Program-made: the position numbers and the translations under genes
Source: a virus
Taxonomy: Duplodnaviria > Caudoviricetes
Strand: one strand, 5' to 3'
Length of the DNA stretch: 64,000 nt
IMG/VR virus record: IMGVR_UViG_3300033121_002356
Location: 1 to 64,000 of that record
The notes under the pieces: generated by a model
Databases searched by the model: none
Seen by the model: the letters and a program-made list of their open reading frames with translations, nothing else
What the model was told of the DNA's origin: nothing
In this document: piece after piece, positions 57,341 through 64,000 of the stretch
Layout of the letters: each line of letters starts with the position of its first letter
Position numbering within the stretch: position 1 is the first letter of the stretch

Positions 57341-58350
57341 TATAGTAACTTAATACTTGTAATTTCATTACTAAAAAGGGTAGAAACATCATTTATGTTA
57401 TGAGAGCTAACAACAGTATCTGTAGCTAGATTATACTTTGCAAATATACCAGTACTAGAATTATTAGTTGAATAGTAGAGATACCCGGAAGAAGTAGTGG
57501 CCCCTCTAGAAATAAATATGCTAGATAAATTTGCTATACTTATATTTCTAATAGTCGAAAGAGACGGTAAAATAAGGCTCTCACTTATAATAGATACCCC
57601 GGAGCTTGTGGCAACAAATATCGTATTCTTTGTTCCACTTATACTATTCTCAGAAACAGCTAAATCAATAACTGTTTTAGATGGCAAAGAAGAATACAAG
57701 TAATCAACCAAGGGTATAGATAAATTTAAATTAGGCCCTCTATTCGGGGAGCTTATAAAGTAAAGTCCATTAACCCCGTGGCCATAATATATCTGCCCAC
57801 CTGAAGTAAGGTAAACATCACCAGGCGTGGTATCTGCTGCGGAGAAATTACTAACGTACTCACCATCGTTTGTTATGTAAGAAAGCCCTCCTTCATGGGA
57901 CGCGACTAAATAATCAACGGAATTTATATGATTACAGGTTACATACTTTATATTCTTCCCACCAAGAGTTGACAACATTAGAAGAGGCTTTAATTCAAAA
58001 ACCTGCCTAGATACACAGCTTTTTGGTATAGAATAAATACCATCACTAGTACCAACATAAATTTGGGATTTATTAACACAGAAAGAATTAAAAATCATTT
58101 GATTTTCTGGCTTTAAAATCAATCCTACTCTTTCATTTTGCTCTCTATCATAGATTGAGACAGAAGAAGAAGATAATGTAAAAACGTATTTCTTTTCTAC
58201 TATAATGTCTTTTATTAAGTCTGAATACAAAAGAGAAGAAGCACTAGAAAAAATAGCATCTGTTTTGTTCTTAACTTTAACTGAAAATCCAGCCTTATAT
58301 GTATTTCCCACAACATATCTAGGGTACACTCTTAATCTATTAGCTGTCAT
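57340..58350 (-). CDS. putative beta-propeller virion protein
   Basis: Repeated IYVGTSDGIY / IFVATSSGVS blades. Confidence 0.55.
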   Translation of the reverse strand: MTANRLRVYPRYVVGNTYKAGFSVKVKNKTDAIFSSASSLLYSDLIKDIIVEKKYVFTLSSSSVSIYDREQNERVGLILKPENQMIFNSFCVNKSQIYVGTSDGIYSIPKSCVSRQVFELKPLLMLSTLGGKNIKYVTCNHINSVDYLVASHEGGLSYITNDGEYVSNFSAADTTPGDVYLTSGGQIYYGHGVNGLYFISSPNRGPNLNLSIPLVDYLYSSLPSKTVIDLAVSENSISGTKNTIFVATSSGVSIISESLILPSLSTIRNISIANLSSIFISRGATTSSGYLYYSTNNSSTGIFAKYNLATDTVVSSHNINDVSTLFSNEITSIKLL

Positions 58351-60701
58351 TATTCGTAAAACTCCGCTATAATATCAAATGGCTTGTCTTCAGCAGTTGC
58401 AAAGGAGGGCATATTTCCTCTTAAGTAAAGATAATCAATACCTGAAGCTGTTGCAGAAATGGGAACGTGATTAGGAGTATAAAATCCAGTAGCAGAAATA
58501 CCGGCCGTGCCAGAAGTACATGCTACTCCACATTTCGTAGTACCATACAAACTACTACCAGCGGTACAAACTGAATTTGTCAAATCGTTATAAAAACAAT
58601 GAGGATACCACGGACCAGTATCGGAATCAGATATTTCGAAACACCTGCTCCCCTCTACCCCATTTGGCTCAATAAATGCAATTCCTGATGGGGCTGCAAC
58701 GCCTTTGTTATTGTAAACAGGAATTTCATAAACTAAGCTGGTATCTGTAAGATTAAATTCTACATTCTTTCTACAGAAAAAAGAAGAGGGAGATTCCCCG
58801 AATCCTAACTCGCTATTTTTTTCAATAACTTCTAGTTGGTTTATCATCATGGGCCAATGGCCAGTAGAAGTATTATCAATAGTTATATATCTAGTATTAG
58901 TAGCTAAAGCCGCCTTAACGCTAATAAATTCCTCTGAATCATAATATTTAAAATCTGTTCCTGCCCCCGATAGTTCAAAAGCACCCGTCCTATAAATTCG
59001 CTTAGCATCCGGAACGTAACAAACTGAATTAGACCCAAGAGGCTCTAGCCCGCCTATATGATAAACTTGTCCGGCACTACCATAGTTATTATCTGGAAAT
59101 ACATGTATATCTGAATTGGATAAATCAATAAAAAAATCATAGCGTCTTTCAAATGTTCCATAACTTCCTAAATTCCCATTCTGATGAACTAGAAAAAATA
59201 AAAAGTTTTTATCCGAATCCAATACTGCAAGGGGGCGTCCCCCTCCTAATGGAGTAGAGATGTTACCTTGCTTTTGGTTAAAAAAATCAAATATAGTCAT
59301 TCCATCATAAGTAGAACTACCAAACCCGGAAAAAGTACTAGAGAAAGAAGGAGAAATTAAACAAGCACCACTGGCTGAATAATTGGAAAATCCAGGTATC
59401 AACATGTATTCAGTACCATTGTAAAATAATTCATTAGGCTGAATAGGATGTTTATCCATATAAGAGATACTTAACCCTCTAAAATCAGTCAAACGCCATT
59501 TATCATCTAAATAACTGTAACATAAAAAAGCACTCCCTAGTCTATTAGGATAAGTACTTTGATTAGAACTATTTATAGATAGAAAAAATCTATCGAACAC
59601 AAATGAGCCGGAAACAATCGAAGGTACAGTAAAAGGCAAAGAAGGAAGAACACGAAAGGTCTTATAATCTATAAAATAGGCTATGGCTTTATTAGCAGTG
59701 TATGAATATGAATATATAATATTTCTCTCTTCATCTAAAGCGCATGCTATACTTAAATATGTAATTAAAGTAGAATCAACATCGTAATTACTCCAAGTTT
59801 CCAAAGCAAAGTTATATTCTCTTATACCAGTTGTTGAAACACAAAAGAGTCTACCTGTTTTTTTATTAAAAAGTAGCTTACCAAAGGTTGTTAAGGAGGT
59901 ATCAGAGGTCCAAGTATTTCCAAAAGACAAGGAATTTGTAGAGTAAGAAATATCATCAGAACTAGATTTTACGCTCCAATTTAAATGGTCTCGTTTTAGT
60001 CTAGTCTGTAGATATATTGTAGGACTTGTATAATGTGCCCCTAAATCTATTTTAGCCTTAAATTGATAACCAGCTGTTGTATCTAAAATATATACCTTTT
60101 GATAATATGGGTAAAAAAGAACAACATTAGGATTATGCATAACTTGTATGTTGCCATATGGCATGGTTACTTTAAAATACCTAGCTAATGTTCTCGTAAA
60201 ACTTAAAACAATTTCTCCCCCCGTTACGCTTATTCCAGAAAAAGACCAATTATTAATAAGAGTCCATGTAGAGTTATCATTGCTAGAGTAAACTCTAAAT
60301 ATATCTCCAGGGCCCGGATTATAGAAACCTAGGGATACATACTCAGGAGCCCCATTTATTATTATACGAATTCTATCTGCGTATTGCTGAGACCCTAGGT
60401 CTAACCCAAGTGAAATGCTAGTACCAGACGCCCCCAACAAGCTCTGAGCGTGTGGTACGCTACCATCGGTATAAACACTACTAGTATTAAAACTAGAAAA
60501 GCTACTAGAGGTGGGGGTAGCATCTGGTGATTTAGTAGCAAACCCTACTCCTCTATATGCGTTACCCCAAACAAATAAACAATCATTAATTACATTTGAT
60601 TTAAGATTTGATATATTTTCAGCCGAGAAAGGGGTTTCACTACTCAATGAAGACCCATTATCCGTAACAATAGCGTTATAAAACACGTTAGTTTTAAGCA
60701 T
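58350..60701 (-). CDS. putative tail/receptor-binding protein: discoidin + propeller + Cys-rich C-terminal domain
   Basis: GLDLG, YSSNDNSTW, ARYFKV; C-terminus paralogous to that of 49374-51110. Confidence 0.6.
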   Translation of the reverse strand: MLKTNVFYNAIVTDNGSSLSSETPFSAENISNLKSNVINDCLFVWGNAYRGVGFATKSPDATPTSSSFSSFNTSSVYTDGSVPHAQSLLGASGTSISLGLDLGSQQYADRIRIIINGAPEYVSLGFYNPGPGDIFRVYSSNDNSTWTLINNWSFSGISVTGGEIVLSFTRTLARYFKVTMPYGNIQVMHNPNVVLFYPYYQKVYILDTTAGYQFKAKIDLGAHYTSPTIYLQTRLKRDHLNWSVKSSSDDISYSTNSLSFGNTWTSDTSLTTFGKLLFNKKTGRLFCVSTTGIREYNFALETWSNYDVDSTLITYLSIACALDEERNIIYSYSYTANKAIAYFIDYKTFRVLPSLPFTVPSIVSGSFVFDRFFLSINSSNQSTYPNRLGSAFLCYSYLDDKWRLTDFRGLSISYMDKHPIQPNELFYNGTEYMLIPGFSNYSASGACLISPSFSSTFSGFGSSTYDGMTIFDFFNQKQGNISTPLGGGRPLAVLDSDKNFLFFLVHQNGNLGSYGTFERRYDFFIDLSNSDIHVFPDNNYGSAGQVYHIGGLEPLGSNSVCYVPDAKRIYRTGAFELSGAGTDFKYYDSEEFISVKAALATNTRYITIDNTSTGHWPMMINQLEVIEKNSELGFGESPSSFFCRKNVEFNLTDTSLVYEIPVYNNKGVAAPSGIAFIEPNGVEGSRCFEISDSDTGPWYPHCFYNDLTNSVCTAGSSLYGTTKCGVACTSGTAGISATGFYTPNHVPISATASGIDYLYLRGNMPSFATAEDKPFDIIAEFYE

Positions 60702-62970
60702 TTTCTAGTCCTTCAAGTAAAACATTCAAATCAACCGTACTAATAGGTCTCTGTACGTCTTCAGGAAAATTATGCCTAACAAATAAGCTATACCCAGAAG
60801 CGGGGGCCAGCCCAAGTGGGAAAGTAAAATCTAACACTCCTCCTGTATATACCCCGTCTATAGTATCTGACAGCTCAAAATATCCATCAAGATTGTTTGA
60901 AAAGTATGCAGAACCCGAATAAACAACAACATTAGTGTTGTTAACTAGGTCTAATTGAATAGGGTCTTCTGTAGAATAAACTCCAGTTTCAACAATATTG
61001 AAAGCAGCCGTAGAATTATAGTAAGTATTTATTGGCCTGACTTTCAATTTCTTAATCATCAAAGGATAGCCAAGTTTAGAACTATTAGGTTTTATTTTAA
61101 TATATCTAGCCTTGCTTAATATAAGATGCTCTGTAGAGTATAGTCTCTCCAGCTTTGAAGAATATCGTAAGTGTTTTACCCAATTATTTTCTATTGATTG
61201 TGTACTACCGCTTATATATTGAGTATAATTTTCTCCATGAGAATACGCTCTATCTTCCGATGCCACATAACAATAAGAGGTTAAACCAGTCAAATTTACC
61301 CTATAATCATTATTAGCATAATCCCTATAGCTTGTTCCACCACCGGGTAGTAAAGAAAACCCCATGGAAGAAGAGCTCGGGTATCCAATCCAAGAATTTT
61401 TCTCTATATGATACGTAATATACCCGTCGTAATTATAGTTCCAAATAAAATGTATAACATTTCTTTTAGAATCTAAAAAGAAATCTAATGCCTGCATTCC
61501 CCCAAAACTAGTTACTAACGTATTTGTATTTCCCATATTATCGACAGTTTTATCCGACCACGTATTACCAGTAACACTGTATTTATACAAACCATAAAGG
61601 GAAGTACTACTACTGCTACTGCTCGGTACTGCATAAATAGAGTCATCGTACGGGCTATACAGTGTTCTACCCCCTCGCATAAAATACTTACCTGAAGTAA
61701 TAGACGTCTTCTGCGTCCAGGTATCGGTTTTTATGTCGTATCTAAAAAATGTACCAGTAGTAGATACACCGCAATACAAACTATGATTAGTAGGAACATA
61801 GCATATATTTGTAATAGTACCAGAAGTTAAGGAGCTTGGCGGCGGGGCTAATGGCTCGAAAGAATTTGTTCCAATAATGTATTTCCAAAAATAATTACCA
61901 ACCCCATATATCTCATTAGATTTTGTATCTAGTGTTATCTCACTATTGTAGGTAGCGTAAGAATTAGTAGCTAAAGTAGACCAAACCCTGGTGTTTAGGT
62001 CAAACTTATACATTACTAATCCATAATATAAATATAAACAATTATCATTTGGGTTATGCAATAATTGTGGCATATATATGCTTTTATAAATATCATTTGG
62101 GTTACTATAGATGGAAGGAACAGGAGAACGCTCCTCCTTGTCTTCTTCATACCATAAAAAAGCATGCTCTAATATTTGTTTTTTATTCTTATATCCATAT
62201 TCAGTATCTTCTAAGGCGTATGTTACGGCATACGGGTATGCCAATTTATGTAAATCGGCGTTATCTTCAATATAAACTGAAAATATATCATATACATCGC
62301 CTAAATCAATTTTCATCTCATAGCCTTGAATACCAGAAGCAGTGGTATTATACGCAAATATAACATTAGGAGTAGCCCCAACTCTATCATTTTGGTGAAC
62401 TGTCCCATTTGGTTGAAATCCAACCTCGCCTAGATTTCCTATATACCGACTAGAAGTTAACGTATACGGGATACTCCTAGAATTAGAGTAATAACTCCAA
62501 TACGAAGACATATTGTATGAGGAGTCTACAACAGACCAAGAAGAATTATTACTGCTCTTATAAATACAGCCTCCATTCACCTCACTGTATGGGGCCTTGG
62601 ATGCTGCCATAAAAAATCCACTAAATCCTACATACATGTAATCAGTATCTTTTGCCGTACCTAAATCAACTCCTAAAAAATTAGTTGCGTATGGATTATT
62701 AGATGAAGGCCTTACGTATGAGCTTCCATTTAAATAGGTAGAATCATTAGTAAAAGAACCGGTAAAATTACTTCCTATTGCGTACGCCCCTTCCCCATAT
62801 AAGGAGCCGGATGGGGCAATTGCATACCCCCATATAGTTTCATACTGAGTATTATCTTCGTCAATAATCCTAGCTAATTGGGCCTCACTTAAAGTTTCAG
62901 ACCCTGATTGGGTTACTACTACCCCATCCATTGTTAGCAAATTAAAATTACTTCCTTCTATGGGTAACAC
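60694..62970 (-). CDS. putative tail/receptor-binding protein: discoidin + Kelch propeller
   Basis: GVDLG, KIDLG, Kelch-like YDIKTDTWT and YSVTGNTWS, ARYIKI; GTG start. Confidence 0.6.
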   Translation of the reverse strand: MLPIEGSNFNLLTMDGVVVTQSGSETLSEAQLARIIDEDNTQYETIWGYAIAPSGSLYGEGAYAIGSNFTGSFTNDSTYLNGSSYVRPSSNNPYATNFLGVDLGTAKDTDYMYVGFSGFFMAASKAPYSEVNGGCIYKSSNNSSWSVVDSSYNMSSYWSYYSNSRSIPYTLTSSRYIGNLGEVGFQPNGTVHQNDRVGATPNVIFAYNTTASGIQGYEMKIDLGDVYDIFSVYIEDNADLHKLAYPYAVTYALEDTEYGYKNKKQILEHAFLWYEEDKEERSPVPSIYSNPNDIYKSIYMPQLLHNPNDNCLYLYYGLVMYKFDLNTRVWSTLATNSYATYNSEITLDTKSNEIYGVGNYFWKYIIGTNSFEPLAPPPSSLTSGTITNICYVPTNHSLYCGVSTTGTFFRYDIKTDTWTQKTSITSGKYFMRGGRTLYSPYDDSIYAVPSSSSSSTSLYGLYKYSVTGNTWSDKTVDNMGNTNTLVTSFGGMQALDFFLDSKRNVIHFIWNYNYDGYITYHIEKNSWIGYPSSSSMGFSLLPGGGTSYRDYANNDYRVNLTGLTSYCYVASEDRAYSHGENYTQYISGSTQSIENNWVKHLRYSSKLERLYSTEHLILSKARYIKIKPNSSKLGYPLMIKKLKVRPINTYYNSTAAFNIVETGVYSTEDPIQLDLVNNTNVVVYSGSAYFSNNLDGYFELSDTIDGVYTGGVLDFTFPLGLAPASGYSLFVRHNFPEDVQRPISTVDLNVLLEGLENA

Positions 62971-63450
62971 TTATTTCTCTCCAATTATAGGAAGATTAAA
63001 ATTCATAATCTCGTTTAATTCCGCATTTCCAATATGAGGGCAAACTTTCCACAACTCCGAAAGACAAGGATTTTTATTTATAGGACAAATCTCTGTTGGA
63101 AATCTAGATTTAGCTGACCAAGTTTGTCCTTTATATGGATTACAATTCATTGCTACATCTGTTAAATTTTTAGATTTTTTCACAAGTTTAACATAATTAG
63201 AATCAATCTTCTTACTATCTAAAATATTACCACAATTAGAGCAATAAAATATAAAGGTATCATTAACAGATTCTTCTGACAAATCGTTTAATGCGTACGC
63301 CCTTTTTTCTTTCCGGGCCTTATCTGTAAGAACACTATCTACTTGAAGCGTCTTATTATCACAACTAGAGCAATAATAGCTATCCTTTATAGCAGCTTCT
63401 TTATCATAGACAGAAGATATTTTTCCAGGCTCTACTATAGTTTCTACCAT
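62971..63450 (-). CDS. Zn-ribbon/Cys-rich protein
   Basis: CSSC...CSNC plus CP....C......CP. Confidence 0.6.
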   Translation of the reverse strand: MVETIVEPGKISSVYDKEAAIKDSYYCSSCDNKTLQVDSVLTDKARKEKRAYALNDLSEESVNDTFIFYCSNCGNILDSKKIDSNYVKLVKKSKNLTDVAMNCNPYKGQTWSAKSRFPTEICPINKNPCLSELWKVCPHIGNAELNEIMNFNLPIIGEK

Positions 63451-63452
63451 AT

Positions 63453-64000
63453 TTATCCTAATTGTCCTTGAAAGGAGTAATCAAACCAAAAATAAAACGG
63501 AGACCCTGCTGGAACAACATAATCTCCAGTAATTGTTATATGGCGTGAACGCCCTTGTGGGTTTATATCAGAAAATATATCTTTATTTTTAGGAGTAACA
63601 TATGGCTGACCCACAAGTTCAGGCCATAAGGAAAGCAACCCATCACTCCATGTCATAAAAAAAGCATACCCCAAAACATTTGTAAATCTTCTAACTATGT
63701 GAGATAAATCATTTATATAAGAGCGACTTCCGCTATACCCCATAGTCATAAATCTATCAGTGCATGAAGGTTCCCCTTCTGGACCACCAGGCTCGCCGCA
63801 AATTTTACTAATCTTACCCACATAACACCAACAACTTCCAGTTCTATCTTGACTTACATAAACACCGGGGGCCTGCCACGGTACCCCTAGATAATTCTTA
63901 TAAGTATCCCCTCTAAATAAAGCAAGATTCTCAGGAACAGAAAGTGATATAGTACAACGCGAGATATCCACATTGTTCTGCGGTAAAATAGTAGCATCGA
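63453..64000 (-). CDS. hypothetical protein, 5' end probably outside the window
   Basis: The frame stays open from the GTG at 63971 to the window edge (DATILPQNN). Confidence 0.55.
   Translation of the reverse strand, partial: DATILPQNNVDISRCTISLSVPENLALFRGDTYKNYLGVPWQAPGVYVSQDRTGSCWCYVGKISKICGEPGGPEGEPSCTDRFMTMGYSGSRSYINDLSHIVRRFTNVLGYAFFMTWSDGLLSLWPELVGQPYVTPKNKDIFSDINPQGRSRHITITGDYVVPAGSPFYFWFDYSFQGQLG

Larger units (their letters stand above)
1..64000 (-). mobile_element. Segment of a large bacteriophage genome (no integrase or host genes seen)
   Basis: Uniform coding strand and dense packing. Phage-type gene mix (Sak, PhoH, intein RNR, RuvC, Cas4-like nuclease, PolA lacking the 5'-3' exonuclease, long virion-like proteins, many small ORFans). 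No ribosomal or housekeeping operons. Confidence 0.85.

Noticed and set aside
651-62363. Plus-strand ORFs in the track (e.g. 651-1334, 20738-21175, 24526-24930)
   Set aside because: All are antisense shadows of well-supported minus-strand genes, with no motifs of their own.
49374-62970. Diversity-generating retroelement acting on tail proteins
   Set aside because: No reverse transcriptase and no adenine-variable TR/VR repeat pair noticed in the window.
1-64000. Stop-codon reassignment as seen in some large phages
   Set aside because: Conserved genes are full length in code 11, and TAA, TAG and TGA all end genes at sensible positions.

Overview
This window looks like a segment of a large, AT-rich tailed bacteriophage genome. 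About 75 tightly packed genes all lie on the minus strand, in the standard genetic code, with no rRNA, tRNA or CRISPR array seen. In transcription order (right to left) there are five blocks. (i) 64.0-45.8 kb: large virion-like proteins, including paralogous discoidin/Kelch modular proteins and a DLxGxI-repeat protein. (ii) 45.7-36.6 kb: a bacterial-type replication and recombination block (DnaN clamp, RecA, DnaB, DnaG, SSB, DnaJ, RuvC, Cas4/RecB-like nuclease). (iii) 36.6-21.5 kb: a 16-gene nucleotide-sugar and glycosyltransferase island. (iv) 21.5-11.4 kb: DnaX, a divergent family A DNA polymerase carrying a clamp-binding-like motif, an intein-containing class II RNR and a thermonuclease. 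(v) 11.4-0 kb: accessory genes (secreted GH-A-like hydrolase, SGNH esterase, cold-shock protein, DeoC, a minimal DacZ-like diadenylate cyclase, HIRAN, Smr, PIN-PhoH, Sak/Rad52 and a single-ring ClpB-like ATPase). The strongest leads are the phage-encoded c-di-AMP synthase, the glycan island with three paralogous non-canonical GT-A enzymes, a possible PolA + beta-clamp replisome and apparent near-total GATC avoidance. All calls come from motif recognition by eye; no database searches were run.
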